From: Octopus vulgaris
Taxonomy: Eukaryota
Direction of reading: 5' to 3'
NCBI GenBank assembly: GCA_951406725.2
Contig: OX597831.1
Location: 58,218,001 to 58,282,000, forward strand
DNA length: 64,000 nt
Shown here: one piece after another, positions 26,251-40,740 of the stretch
Position numbering within the stretch: the first letter of the stretch is position 1
How the letters are laid out: each line of letters begins with the position of its first letter
Program-made: the position numbers and the translations under genes
The notes under the pieces: model-generated
Databases searched by the model: none
Seen by the model: the letters and a program-made list of their open reading frames with translations, nothing else
Told to the model about the DNA's origin: nothing

Positions 26251-29143
26251 TTGAATCATTGCGAAGGGAGATATCAATATTAACTGAGCTAATCTCTGGA
26301 AATGATGTAAGATCAAGAAAAGGCAGGAAGATTGTGAGAAAATATGGACATTCAACAAGAGAAGAACTAATGTCAGCGAAAGAAACACTTAAACAAAAAG
26401 TTCAAGCAAAAGCTCAGAGAATACGCAGATTTGAGAAAATAATCAAATTCTACAAACAAAATAAGATGTTCAAATCCAATGCCAAATCATTTTACAGGGA
26501 AATAGGGAAAGAAAAAATAACCATTGAAAATCCACCCCTAATGGAAGAAGTTGAAAACTTTTGGAAGGGGATCGGGAGTGATGAGAAACCATACAATGAA
26601 AATGCAGAGTGGATCAAACGCACCCAAGATGACTACAACAATCTACAAGAACAGGTATGGGAAGACATCTCAATCGCCGACCTAAGGAGGGCACTAACGA
26701 AAGCTCATAAGTAGAAATCCCCTGGTATTGATAGAGTACCAAATGTCTGGCTCTCATCACTCTCGTCCGCACACAAAATGTTAGTAATACTATTTAATAG
26801 TATTATGAAAGACCCGAAAAAACACCCCATTGGATGGCAAATGGTATTACTTACCTCCTTCCCCAAAATAACAAAACGAAAGAACTAAAAAACTACCGGC
26901 CTATAACATATTTATCTACTACCTATAAGATTTTGACATCTATTCTAGTAGAGAAAACATATACGTTTATGGAAGAGAATAACCTCTTTCCCACTGAACA
27001 AAAAGGATGCAGACGAGGCTCATACGGATGCAAAGATCAGCTCCTAATTAATCGCATGATCCTTGAGAACTGCCATAACAAGCGCAGAAATCTCAGCTCT
27101 TCATGGATTGATTATAAAAATGCCTTTGACAGCATACCGCATTCGTGGATTCTGAAATCGCTGGACATTTTCAAAATTTCTCCTGTGATTTCAGATTTTT
27201 TAAAGTATAATATGTCACTATGGAACACGAAGCTCCAATTATATCATTCTAATGGAGTATTGCGCTCAAACAACATTAGCATAAACTGTGGAATTTTCCA
27301 AGGTGACTCACTTTCACCACTAATTTTCTGCATAGCACCAACACCTCTCTCAAGTGAACTGAAAAGAACAGGATATGGCTACAAAAGTGACAACAGGAAA
27401 ATAAGCCATCTATTTTATATGGATGATTTAAAGCTATATGGCAAAAATGATGAAGAGCTTGAAGGATTATTACATACCGTGAAGGGATTCAGTGATGATA
27501 TCGGGATGGAGTTTGGCCTTGAAAAGTGTGCCAAAGTCACTTTTAAGAAAGGGAAATTGGTAAAGTCTAGTTCAATCGAATTAGATGTCGAAACAGTAAT
27601 AAAGGAACTTGAGCAGGAACAAACCTATAAATACCTAGGAATAAATGAAGGCTCTGGTATCCAGCATGCAAGCATGAAAGAGAAGGTTAGGAAGGAATGT
27701 TATAGAAGAGTTCGAGCAGTCCTGAAGTCTGAGCTGAATGCATATAATAAGGTGTTAGCCATAAATTCCTTAGCAGTACCAGTTGTTCTTTAAAGCTTCA
27801 ATGTGCTTAACTGGAATACCAGTGAAATAATGAAAATTGACCGAAAAATCCGCAAGCTACTGACTTGTAATAAGATGCACTATCCAAAGGCAGAGGTGGA
27901 TCGACTTTACCTTCCCAGAGCTCAGGGAGGTCGAGGTTTGATCCAGCTTGAACTTACATACAAAACCACCACAATCGGACTGGCCAAATACCTTGAAGCA
28001 ACCAACGATTGGATGCTAAAACTTGTTGAAAAACATGAAAGACTGAAAAGACTTCACTCTATTCTCAAAGAGAGCAAAACATTCGCTGCTGATCTCTTAG
28101 ATACCCACCATATTGATCAGGCTGAAGGAGATGCGCCAACTGCAGCTGCAAAGAAAATAAAATTAATTGCAAAGACAAAAGCACATGAAAATTTAGCTAG
28201 CAGATGGGAACAGAAACCTCTCCATGGCAAGTATGTGGCCCGTAGCAAACAAGCTGATGTCGACCAGAAACACACGCACCAATGGTTACGAAACTTAGGG
28301 CTAAAAGCAAAAGCAGAGAGTGAAGGTTTCATATTAGCTGCTCAAGACCAAAGCTTGTTAACCCGGAACTACCAAGCCAATTTGATAAAAAATGGAGCTG
28401 ACCCAAAATGCCGATTCTGTAACGATGAGATTGAAACAATAGACCACCTAATCTTAGGGTGTAGAGTCTTAGCACCTGCAGAATATAAAGCAAGACATGA
28501 CAGAGTCGGCCAGTATTTACATTGGACAATATGTCGGTATTATAAAATCAAACCCGCTGACAAATGGTATAAACACCATCCTGAAGCTGTGACTGAGGGA
28601 GAAAATGTGTCGATTCTATGGGACTTCCCCGTACAGACCAACAAGACTATAAAAGCTAATAAACCGGATATTATTATAAAAGATCAGACAAAAAAGATAT
28701 GTTTATTAATTGACATAAGTATCCCTTGCGATCACAATCTAGCGGCGAAAGAATTTGACAATTTTAGTAAATATAAAGACCTGCTAATAGAAATTGAAAA
28801 AAATGTGGCATCTCAAGGCGACTACAGTACCAATGATTGTAGGATCTCTAGGAATGATAAAAAAAGGTACTGAAACCTATTTGAAAATGATTCCAGGCTT
28901 ACCATCCCTACAGGAAGTGCAAAAAATCGTATTAACTGGAACGGCTCATGACTGAGAAGAGCATTATTGCTGTGAAAACAACATCCATCCATGAATTTAT
29001 TTATTTATTAATATTTAAATACATATTTTATCTGTGAATTTGCGTGTGTAATCTGGGAATACATACAATGAGCTTCTCTGCCCTAGGTGTATGAAAAACA
29101 CTCGGCGAGAAACGGAAGAAAATTTGAAGAAAGAAGGAAAAAC
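26248..29143 (+). mobile_element. R4/Dong-like RLE non-LTR retrotransposon, 5'-truncated, with stops and frameshifts
   Basis: RT motifs NYRPIT, EQKG, WIDYKNAFDS, GIFQGDSLSP, LFYMDDLKLY; CCHC (CRFC..ETIDHLILGC), RHD, KPDIII and K..KY of a restriction-like endonuclease; flanked by (AAT)n. Confidence 0.93.
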
Positions 29144-29230
29144 ATAATGATAATAATAGTAATAATAATAGTAATCATAATAATAGTAATCATAATAATA
29201 GTAATAATAATAATAATAGTAATAATAATG

Positions 29231-29279
<49 letters not shown>

Positions 29280-29424
29280 TAATAATAATAATAATGATAA
29301 TAATAATAATAATGATAATAATAATAATAATAATAATAATGATAATAATAATAATGATAATGATAATAATAATAATGATATAATGATAATAATAATAATG
29401 ATAATGATAATAATAATAATATTG

Positions 29425-29493
<69 letters not shown>

Positions 29494-29515
29494 GTAATAA
29501 TAATGATAATAATAA
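29144..29515. repeat. (AAT)/(GAT)/(AGT) microsatellite between the two RLE-LINEs
   Basis: Read directly from the sequence. Confidence 0.95.
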
Positions 29516-29519
29516 TGGG

Positions 29520-31253
29520 ATGAGCCAGTCCAGTAATGGGATGAGCCAGTCCAACAGCATCAACATCAAACGAGGCATCTTTCAAGGTGACTCCCTCTCT
29601 CCATTACTTTTTTGCATGGCACTGATCCCACTCTCAAACGAATTGGATAGTACCAGATATGGGTACAAAGTTTTTAGTAAATTAATAAACCATCTTTTCT
29701 ATATGGACGACCTAAAGCTGTTTGCCAGGAATGACCAAGAGCTAGAAGGGCTGCTAACAACTGTTAAAGAGTTTAGCAATGATATCGGAATGGATTTTGG
29801 CCTTGATAAGTGTGCTAAAGCAACTTTTGTAAGAGGCAAGCTCAGGCAAACAGCTTCTGTTAAATTAGATATTGACACTACCATCAAGGAACTTGACCCA
29901 CAGGAAAGTTACAAATACCTAGGAATCAACGAAGGAGATGGTATACATCATGCTACTATGAAGGAAAAAATAAGAAAGGAATACTATAGGAGAATAAGGC
30001 TTGTACTGAAGACTGAACTCAACTCCAAAAATTGCATTGAGGCCATAAACACCCTGGCACTTCCAGTAGTCCAGTACAGTTTTAATATCATTAACTGGAA
30101 CATTACGGAACTCCAACGCTTAGACAGGAAGACAAGAAAGTTACTGACATCCAAGAGCATGCACCACCCTAAGGCAGATGTAGACCGCTTGTACCTACCT
30201 AGAAGCAGCGGGGGGAGAGGAATGATGCAATTAGAGCTGTGCTATAAGACCTCTACTGTAGGAATGAACAGGTACCTATCTAGTACAAAGGACTGGATGC
30301 TGCGACTTGTGTGCGAACACGAAAGCAACAAAAAGCTGCATTCTATTGTCAAGGAAGCTTATAAGTTCGAAAGGGAACTAGACATTAACCTTGAATCAGA
30401 TGAAGAGCCGGAAACCACTGCTACCAAGCAAGCAAAGCGAATCAAGCAGACTGCAAAAAAGAACGGGCAGAATCAAATTGAGAGGCGTTGGAGCCAGAAG
30501 CCCCTGCATGGACAATATATTATCCGAAGCCAAAATGCTGATGTAGACCAAGCAACAACCCATCAGTGGCTGAAGAGCTCTGGATTGAAAGCAGAGACTG
30601 AAGGTTTCATAATGGCAGCACAAGATCAAAGCTTGTTTACCAGAAATTACCAGGCTAACGTTCTCCGAAACGGTACTGACCCTAAATGCAGATTCTGCGA
30701 CACATTTGACGAAACGATAGACCATCTCGTTTCGGGATGTCCTGTGCTGACACCAAACGAATACAAAAATCGCCACGATAGGGTAGGACAGTATATACAT
30801 TGGAAGATATGTAAACACTACAAATCCGACACTCCTGCTAACTGGTATGAACACCATCCTCAGCCAGTTGTTGAAGGTAAAGATGTCACCATCCTCTGGG
30901 ATTTTCCAGTCAACACTGACAGAACGATCAAGGCTAATCGACCAGACATAATTGTTAAAGACAGGGAAGAAAATACCTGCAGACTAATAGAAGTAAGCGT
31001 CCCCACTGATAAAAATGTATCTGTCAAGGAATTTGACAAACTTAGTAAATATAAGGACCTGGAAATCGAAATACAGAGGATGTGGAATCTTAAAACAAAA
31101 ACTGTTCCTGTTATTGTAGGTGCCCTAGGTATGATAAAAAAGGGATGTCAGAAACACCTAGACAATATCCCTGGAAAACCATGTCTCAAGGAAATCCAAA
31201 AGATTGTGCTAACAAGTACTGCCCACATCCTTAGAAAAACCCTATCAATGTAA
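29520..31253 (+). CDS. Uninterrupted C-terminal RT plus RLE endonuclease ORF of a second 5'-truncated R4/Dong-like LINE (element ~29516-31405)
   Basis: 577 aa open: RGIFQGDSLSPLLF, LFYMDDLKLF, YKYLG, CRFC..ETIDHLVSGC, RHD, RPDIIV, EFDKLSKY; (AAT)n follows the 3' UTR. Confidence 0.93.
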   Translation: MSQSSNGMSQSNSINIKRGIFQGDSLSPLLFCMALIPLSNELDSTRYGYKVFSKLINHLFYMDDLKLFARNDQELEGLLTTVKEFSNDIGMDFGLDKCAKATFVRGKLRQTASVKLDIDTTIKELDPQESYKYLGINEGDGIHHATMKEKIRKEYYRRIRLVLKTELNSKNCIEAINTLALPVVQYSFNIINWNITELQRLDRKTRKLLTSKSMHHPKADVDRLYLPRSSGGRGMMQLELCYKTSTVGMNRYLSSTKDWMLRLVCEHESNKKLHSIVKEAYKFERELDINLESDEEPETTATKQAKRIKQTAKKNGQNQIERRWSQKPLHGQYIIRSQNADVDQATTHQWLKSSGLKAETEGFIMAAQDQSLFTRNYQANVLRNGTDPKCRFCDTFDETIDHLVSGCPVLTPNEYKNRHDRVGQYIHWKICKHYKSDTPANWYEHHPQPVVEGKDVTILWDFPVNTDRTIKANRPDIIVKDREENTCRLIEVSVPTDKNVSVKEFDKLSKYKDLEIEIQRMWNLKTKTVPVIVGALGMIKKGCQKHLDNIPGKPCLKEIQKIVLTSTAHILRKTLSM

Positions 31254-31414
31254 ATGTCTGTGTTTGCATTACATGGAGATATATCTCTACTTCCCCTCCC
31301 CAAGCTTTCAGCTATATTTCAACAACTCTTAACCTTCACTTGCCCTAGGGCGCTGGGTGTGCCCCGGCAGGTGATTGCATCAAACATGCAGATTAAAAGT
31401 AAATGACAATGATA

Positions 31415-31449
<35 letters not shown>

Positions 31450-32330
31450 AATAATAATGATAATAATAATGAAAATGATGATGAGAATTAGCATAAGACA
31501 ATAAACTTTCAATGATGGGTTTCAACCAATTGAAACGACCAAAACATCATTTGATGCTTCTGTTATTTAATAGTTATGTAATAAAAAGTGTAGTAATGTC
31601 TGTCTTTTTTCTTTATATGAAATGATAAAAGCAGCACATTCCCTTTGTGAATTGACTGAATTAGAAGCATGCTTTCCTTATTCAGTGATTGCTATTTTCT
31701 CAACACAGCGCATTCAGATACGATCATTTTTTGGGGTTGCAGTTATGTCTTTCTTGTGCTTCAAGTAATGATCCCATTCCACAGCAAAATTGAGTTCGTC
31801 TCTGATCAAGGAGGCAAACAGCAAAAATAAAAAATAAAAAAAATAAAACAAAATCAATTACATTGGTCAAAACATCGTAAACTACCTGAGTCATGTCCGA
31901 GATGTTGTTGGACTTTCTGGAGAATATATATGTCCGTTCTCATTAAATATTATGCCACGCTATAGAATCGATACCTAAGACGTCAGTTTATAATCTACCA
32001 TTTCAATTTATGCGTTCAAGTAGGAAGCCAAGCTAAATATATATGCACACATATACACTGATACATACATGCATGCATACATACACACACATGTGTGTAT
32101 ACGTATCCATTAATACAATCACAGGAGGGAAGCACACATGTATATACATAATGTGATTCATGCGTACACGCACATCTATGTTTTTATATATTTGTCTTTC
32201 TTCTCCACCTATCTATATATCTCACTGTATATGTGTGTGTGTGTTATATACATTATATATATATATATATATATTTGTTATATACTTTATGTATATATAT
32301 ATAATGCATATAACACACACATATATATTA

Positions 32331-32363
<33 letters not shown>

Positions 32364-32477
32364 ATAAATATATATATGCATATATATGTATAAATATAAA
32401 TATATATATATGCATATATTTAGATATAAATATAAATACTTCGTTCTCACATAAATATATATATATATACATACGTA

Positions 32478-32514
<37 letters not shown>

Positions 32515-32593
32515 GTATAAATATATATGTATGTATACATATGTATGCATGTGTGTATATATATGTATAAATATATACATATACATAAATATA

Positions 32594-32639
<46 letters not shown>

Positions 32640-32966
32640 ATATATATATGTATAAAGATATATCTGTGTATACATATGTGTATATAAATTTTTGTATGTA
32701 TATACACACACACGCACGCACACTTATGTAGAACAGTAAGAAGCAGCGTGCCCACTGTTCACTAACCGGATGTTTTGATAACCAACTTAAACCTCTGTTA
32801 AAAAAAAAAAAGGTTTATTTTTCTGTTTTCGAAAATGTTTCACTAACATTATATCTTGGCAAATATCATAATGTCATATGTGTATGTGTGGTGTGTATGT
32901 GTGTGTTTGTGTGTGTGTGCGTATGTATATACATTTATATTTTTATATATATACACATATATAAAT

Positions 32967-33058
<92 letters not shown>

Positions 33059-33312
33059 ATGTATATATGTATGTACGCGTATATGTGTGTGTGCATGTGT
33101 GTGTTTGTACGCGTGGGTGGGTGTGTGTACGTGTGAGTGTATGTGTTGTGTGTGTGTATATGTGTGTGTATATATGTGTGTGTGTGTGTGTGTGTGTCAT
33201 TGTGTGTATATATGTATATGAATATTTTGTGTTCTTTATTCTGAATGCCATTCATTGATGGTATTGGCTGGTAGCCAATTGGAAATGTTTTGTTTGCGTC
33301 AGAGGGAGAAGA

Positions 33313-33317
<5 letters not shown>

Positions 33318-33371
<54 letters not shown>

Positions 33372-33511
33372 ATAGATAGATAGAAAGATAAAGAGAAAGA
33401 AAGAGATAGATAGATAGATAGATAGAAAGAGATAGATAGAAAGAGAAAGAGATAGATAGATAGATAGAGAAAGAGATAGATAGATAGAGAGAAAAAGAGA
33501 TAGCTAGATAG

Positions 33512-33548
<37 letters not shown>
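33318..33548. repeat. (GA)n/(GATA)n compound microsatellite
   Basis: Read directly from the sequence. Confidence 0.9.
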
Positions 33549-33634
33549 ATGAGGGTGTGGTTGAGAGATTGAGTGATAAGAAAATATTGTGAATCCAAAA
33601 TATCAAATTGACGAAATAATAATCGATATTTATA

Positions 33635-33702
<68 letters not shown>

Positions 33703-34344
33703 GTTGTTGTTGTTGCTTGTTGAAATTTCGTTGGCACCGTGTTATAGAAGTGCGTGTTTTTACCATTATTTATTCTGAACAGAAGAGGCAATGTCTACGA
33801 ACATGGCATGCTTATAATATTATTGAGGTAAAAGTGGTTGACATTCAGTTTGAATTTGTTCTAAGTTGGCGCCTGTTTAGTGGCTTTAGTTACTTTCGTA
33901 TCGTGATTTCGCAATTGTACCGAGTACTTTAGATGCAATGATCGCCGGCAACATTCTCAGTACTTGGAGAAAAAAATAGACAAAGCGATGTTGTATTATG
34001 CGATATTTGACATCATCAATACTTTGTTGCCCTGAGAGATTTCGTATGGTGTCTGTAAGTCGAGATTATCTCTGTGCAGGAGCCTTATGAAATATTTATT
34101 GCTATGCACGGCAAGAAGCAAATCATTGGGGTTGTCATGCACCATCACTCCGCAAATCGTTGCCATCATCTGTTATGCTCTGTTGCTTCACCAGTTACTT
34201 TGAAAGCTCATATAAGATCGCTATGTTGAAATACATAAACACTCGCAAGAAACTACTGTACCAAACTTACTCTAGGTACTAAAAAACCCTTCCCACACAC
34301 GCATTTACTAGCAACCGTACTCAGCTTTGCCCGACTTTATTTAT

Positions 34345-34616
<272 letters not shown>

Positions 34617-34642
34617 TGCATGTATATATATATACATATATA

Positions 34643-34995
34643 TTTGGAATCTTACATCGTATATAAACTCTATACTTGGAATGAACAATTTTAAATACTG
34701 TTGGATTTTTCTCATAAGGTATTGGAATCTTACATATATACCATTCTGCCTAAAAAATGGATCTACAAATTCAATATCCCTACATATCTCACATCTATTT
34801 TCTTTCCTCCACCTCACTCTCTATTTTGTATCCCATCTAAATTTATTATTACTTAACCATCCTCTCACACCATCTCCGATGAAGGGATATAATTAATAAA
34901 TATCCTGGAAACAGCTGTAAGACCTTCTGTCTATAAATGTTCTAAAATCTACATAGCCTTGACTTTTTTTTATCGCATTACGCAAAAAATTCTTT
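34643..34995 (+). mobile_element. Penelope-like 3' segment with variant hammerhead (34872-34923), ending in (TA)n
   Basis: tct-CCGATGA-aGGGATAT..ATATCCTg-GAAA-CAGCTG-TA-aga; near-identical copy at 57690-57960. Confidence 0.65.
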
Positions 34996-35890
34996 ATATA
35001 TATATATATATGTATTTATGTATATATAATCACGTAAGTTTATTGCGTTTTCGATGAATTGTTAAAAATCGATGATGCTGACAATCTTAAGGAACGAGAA
35101 TGTTACTTTATTCAATATTTTAGAATCCAAGCAATTTTGAAGACGGTTCAAATTGAATTTCCTAAAAATACTCAAAAAACAAACAAACAAACGAACAAAA
35201 CAAACAAAAAACAACAAATCATGGAACCGAAAATAGAATTTTGCTCTTAATTTTTTACAACATTCTTGGTGGAAAAAAACTATGTTATTTTTCTTCCAAA
35301 ATAATCTAATTAACATACTCTAAATGAATTATTTTTCTAATCAGTAGATTTTTCCAATGTGTGTTAAGTTACTGCTTTTTGTGTCTGGTGCTAAAAACGG
35401 CAAGTTTCGGAAAAAGTCTCATAACCTATGTTTGCATGAAAAATTCTAACAACTTAGGTGTAAAACTGCAGCCTTAAAGATGGAACATACATACATACAT
35501 ATATACGCTTTTATATATGGAGATATCATTCACCGCTTTAACACTATAAAACTGACAAGCGTTTGGTTGAATTGTGGAGCAGATAACAATACTTTACGTC
35601 TTTTTCACTATGGCGTCAGCTTTTCAAGAAACAGTGTTTGAACGTTGCTTAGTCAAGCCAACCCCCGTAAAACACATTTATGCGACAGAAACTATTGACA
35701 AAAAAACGATATCTAGACATGTGTTGGATGGCTGATAGTTAAGTACAGCTATGAAGTAAAAGAAGACACTTGATAATATAATGGCTGCATTTGTTTGTGA
35801 TCACGATATTATTGATTTTGCGATTGCTATGGCTATATCATGTATGCATCTATCTATAAATATATTTCTATAAATGTACATACATAAATA

Positions 35891-36016
<126 letters not shown>

Positions 36017-36025
36017 ATATATATG

Positions 36026-36059
<34 letters not shown>

Positions 36060-36274
36060 ACCAACACACACATACATCTGTGGTGTATGTAGGCATGCTT
36101 TTAAAAATAATACCTCTCAAGGCTTGGAAATGGTTTATTAATCTCGTGTTTTTATAGATAGATGATAGATATATCTGGAATTCTATAGAATATTTCAAAT
36201 AGCTAAAGTAGTTCCATCACGTAACAGCCAGTGCAATTTGATAACATATTTCACGGGAGACAGAAGGACAGACA

Positions 36275-36305
<31 letters not shown>

Positions 36306-36368
36306 GATATAGATATATAGATATAGATATAGATATATATTCATTCATTTATCAATCTCTCTCTCTCC

Positions 36369-36408
<40 letters not shown>

Positions 36409-36420
36409 CTCTCCCTGTAT

Positions 36421-36452
<32 letters not shown>

Positions 36453-36493
36453 GAGTGTATATCAGCGTTTAGATCTGTATTCTATTTTTGAGA

Positions 36494-36565
<72 letters not shown>

Positions 36566-36652
36566 GTATATATACACTCACTTAAAAACAGAATACAGAT
36601 CCAAACTCTGATCTCCACTCACACACACACACACGTACACATGTATTTTATG

Positions 36653-36687
<35 letters not shown>

Positions 36688-36905
36688 GCGCGTGTGCTCA
36701 TACACATCTATTTCACGGTCTCACACGCATAACTTTTATTTCAAACACGTTATATTAAAGACACGACTGTGTTCAAATTCAATCTTTCCTATAAAAGAAT
36801 TTTCATATTTCCGCTGTTATTTGTTTATATTTGAAGGAATAAGCGCTAGAGACAACCTGCGTCACTGAAACGGTCATCCCTTCATCTAAATTTGTGTAAC
36901 GATTA

Positions 36906-37266
36906 TGTAAAGTATAGAAGCCATCTTATCCTGGCTAACCACATTGGGGAGGGGGTGTTACTGTAGCTTTATAGCCCCAAGAGATCGTCGTCTCTAGCTG
37001 GCTTTAGACACAATATCAGTGCCCTTGGAGTATTTGCAAAGGGAGGCCATCCCTTCCTCGCAAACCTGAGTGATACGCTCGAACTAGTTTCGGGGTTTTT
37101 GTCCCTTGTCAACGGGCGGTAACCAGCCAGCTAGAGACGACGATCTCTTGGGGCTATAAAGCTACAGTAACACCCCCTCCCCAATGTGGTTAGCCATGTT
37201 AAGATGGCTTCTATACTTTACATTATCGAGCGATTACTGTTTCAATCTCATTCTGAGATTTAATTA
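36906..37266. mobile_element. Fold-back retrozyme-like element with 13-bp TSD
   Basis: 36900-37003 is approximately the reverse complement of 37125-37229; TSD TGTGTAACGATTA at 36893-36905 and 37267-37279; homologous to 15540-16037. Confidence 0.85.
37076..37118 (-). ncRNA. Minimal type I hammerhead ribozyme, U3-A8 variant, GUU site
   Basis: CGCCCG-TTGACAA-GGG acaaaaac CCC-GAAA-CTAG-TT-CGAGCG; palindromic stem III AACTAGTT. Confidence 0.7.
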
Positions 37267-37354
37267 TGTGTAACGATTAGGTTCCCGTAAATTTCGTAGT
37301 TTAGTTATCGGATGCTGTCCCTGTGTATTAAATTTTAATTTGGAATTTGTCAGT

Positions 37355-37830
<476 letters not shown>

Positions 37831-37887
37831 TTGTCATAGTTAATCTACTTTTTGTAGTAACAGTAATCAGCGGAGACAGGAACAGCA

Positions 37888-38263
37888 GTGGAGGCGCAAT
37901 GGCCCAATGGTTCGAGCAGCGGACTCGCGGTCAGAGGATCGCGGTTTCGATTCCCAGACCGAGCGCTGTGTGTGTTTATTGAGCGAAAAGCACCTAAAAC
38001 TCCACGATGCTCCGGCAGGAGGTGGTGGCGACCCTTGTTGTACTCTTTCGCTCCAACTTCCTCTCACTTTTTCGTCCTGTTTCTTGTCCCTGACTTCCTA
38101 CGCAACCGCTGAGCCTGGATGCGCATCCATCCATCCGTCGATGCTCTCGGTGTCGGGGGTTGACCTGCTTTCTTTTCTGCGGGTCCTACGAATGGCAAAG
38201 GGCCACGTTTCGGACTTCTCCCATCTTGCGAGCTCTGGGACGAAGACCATTCGCTCAACAGCA
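37888..38263 (+). mobile_element. SINE family C, full length, third tail type
   Basis: tRNA-like head; 13-bp TSD ACAGGAACAGCAG at 37876-37888 and 38264-38276. Confidence 0.9.
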
Positions 38264-38607
38264 ACAGGAACAGCAGAAACCTGAAACTTGCTGATGAAAT
38301 TGATGGGCTGTAAGGAAGGGAGATAACTTATTTCGGCCAAGTTAAGTATGGAAATTAGTGCCGAAAAAGAAAAAGAAAACAAAAAAAATGCAAACAAAGC
38401 CAAAAAACGAAACAAGCATTATGACAGACGTCAACGGTGTCATCATAACAGATATCTCTGTACATGGACGAAAAGCAGAAGTAGTGTAGTAGTTTAATCA
38501 CCTGTTGTCATTAATGATTAGGGATCAGGCGCAGAAATCCTTTCAAAAATCGCACAATGAGTGAATTAAGGAAAAAAAAAAAAAAAAAAAAAATTATGGA
38601 AAGCCAG

Positions 38608-38822
38608 AAGGCAGCAAACTGGCAGAATCGTTAGAAAGCCGGGCAAAATGCTTAGCGGCGTTTCGTCCGCCTTACGTTCTGAGTTCAAATTCCGCTGGGG
38701 TGGACTTTGTCCTTCATCCCTTCGCGGTCTATAAAATAAGTATCGGTTGAGCATTAGGATCGATGTAATCGACTTAGCACCCCCCATCCACCGAAATTGC
38801 TTGTGCCACAGTTTGAAATCAA
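38608..38822 (+). mobile_element. SINE family B (alternative tail)
   Basis: Head and core similarity to family B. Confidence 0.8.
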
Positions 38823-38935
38823 TATGGAAGGACAGAAACATCACGAAATGTAAAAGACTCCTGTCTACAATGGTGCTCTCCACTTCCATATACAAATGCC
38901 AGACATGGACTCCCATTGCAGAGAGCGAGGGAGAG

Positions 38936-38980
<45 letters not shown>

Positions 38981-39225
38981 ATAAATAGTTATTAGAAATG
39001 AGAAACTATCGTAACATCTTAGGCATCTCATACTTGGGTTGCCTCACACTCGAGCAGTATCGTACGACGACACTTTAGTAAAGGAAAGAAAACTGCGCTG
39101 GTATGGTCATATAATAAGATCCAGTGGCCTTGTGAAGACCGTTCTTTAAAGAATGGAGTGGGAAATCACGACAGGCAGGCAGAGGAGAAGGCGGGTGAGC
39201 AATATCAAGAAATGCACGAGCAAAT
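38823..39225 (+). pseudogene. RTE-clade LINE C-terminal relic interrupted by (GA)n
   Basis: WKDRNIT..IYKCQTWT, EMRNYRNILGISY, RKLRWYGHIIR and GRQRRR motifs. Confidence 0.75.
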
Positions 39226-39626
39226 CATCAGTGGGGACTGAAACTCACTCACGAGTTGCGATGAGGATAAAACTAATGTGTAGCATGCCATAAAGAAAAT
39301 ATCAGAAAGAAATAAAGAATGTAGTATGCTAGTCATGACAACTAATGATTTCTCTGTCTAGCTTTGTTTCGAGCAACGTAATATAGTCCACTGCAACGGC
39401 TTCTTGTTCTAAATGTATGGTCATTGTAAAGTATCAGTCGTATTGCTCCGGTTTACTACAAAATGTCTGCAACACACGCCAATACTTACATGGTATTCAT
39501 ATATGAGTGTACGTGCGTGCGTGCATGGTGTGTGTGTGTGTTTGTATGCATAGGGAAAAAGTTTTCTCTTAAATATGTTGTCAAGTACTTGAGAAAGAAC
39601 TCAATAGCATTTCATGATGAATGATA

Positions 39627-39849
39627 TACTCTTTTACTCTCTTTTACTTGTTTCAGTCATTTTACTGCGGCCATGCTGGAGCACCGCCTTTAGTCGAGCA
39701 AATCGACCCCGGGACTTATTCTTTGTAAGCCCAGTACTTATTCTATCGGTCTCTTTTGCCGAACCGCTAAGTGACGGGGACGTAAGCACACCAGCATTGG
39801 TTGTCAAGCAATGCTAGGAGGACAAACACAGACACACAAACACGCACAC

Positions 39850-39894
<45 letters not shown>

Positions 39895-40016
39895 TACGAC
39901 AGGCTTCTTTCAGTTTCCGTCTACCAAATCCACTCACAAGGCATTGGTCGGCCCGGGGCTATAGCAGAAGACACTTGCCCAAGATGCCACGCAGTGGGAC
40001 TGAACCCAGAACCATG
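39627..40016 (-). mobile_element. SINE family A
   Basis: Near-identical to 61765-62148. Confidence 0.9.
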
Positions 40017-40666
40017 TATGTATATTTTCAACATAAGGTAGACTACTAACGAGGAAACCATTGTTTCATATTACAACTCGTAATAGAATTTCGTCGACTT
40101 TTTATTTCTTGCGACCATTGTTTTACTAGTGGAAGTTATTGTAGCTTATATTGCTTTCTTTATGGACAGAGCCTTTAATTGACGTTCTTGAGAACAATTA
40201 AAAGATTTAATCTTTCTGTCTTCGATTACAACTCTCATCTTCATTTCCTCTATTCATCAAGAGAAAGTAAAACTCCGAAAAGCGCTTTAATTGTTTGGTG
40301 AACAGCTGCAATTCTAATGTTACTCCAGATAAATTTTTCTACCTTGAGGTCTAGAAGTCAGTTACTTCCACATAGTCCTTCTCCACAGTTCTACTTGTTC
40401 AATATGGTAGGTGCATTACGAGTTTCATCTTCTGCACATACCTTCTCTATATACTCTTTCACTTGTTTCAGTCATTTGACTGTGGCCATGTTGGAGCAGC
40501 GCCTTTAGTCGAGCAAATCGACCCCATGAATTCGGTAGTACACAGGCTCTAGCTCGATATTAAAGGAAGGGTACAAATAACGGCTACGCATAATACAGAA
40601 CCAGCTTTTTTCAGAATACGAGTAATTGATAATATCTAAGATACAAATTATTAGTTGCAAAATCAC

Positions 40667-40740
<74 letters not shown>

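Noticed and set aside
37888-37965. tRNA-like sequence with A/B boxes (also 22945, 43410-43488, 42730-42805)
   Set aside because: They continue into SINE bodies with TSDs; these are SINE heads, not tRNA genes.
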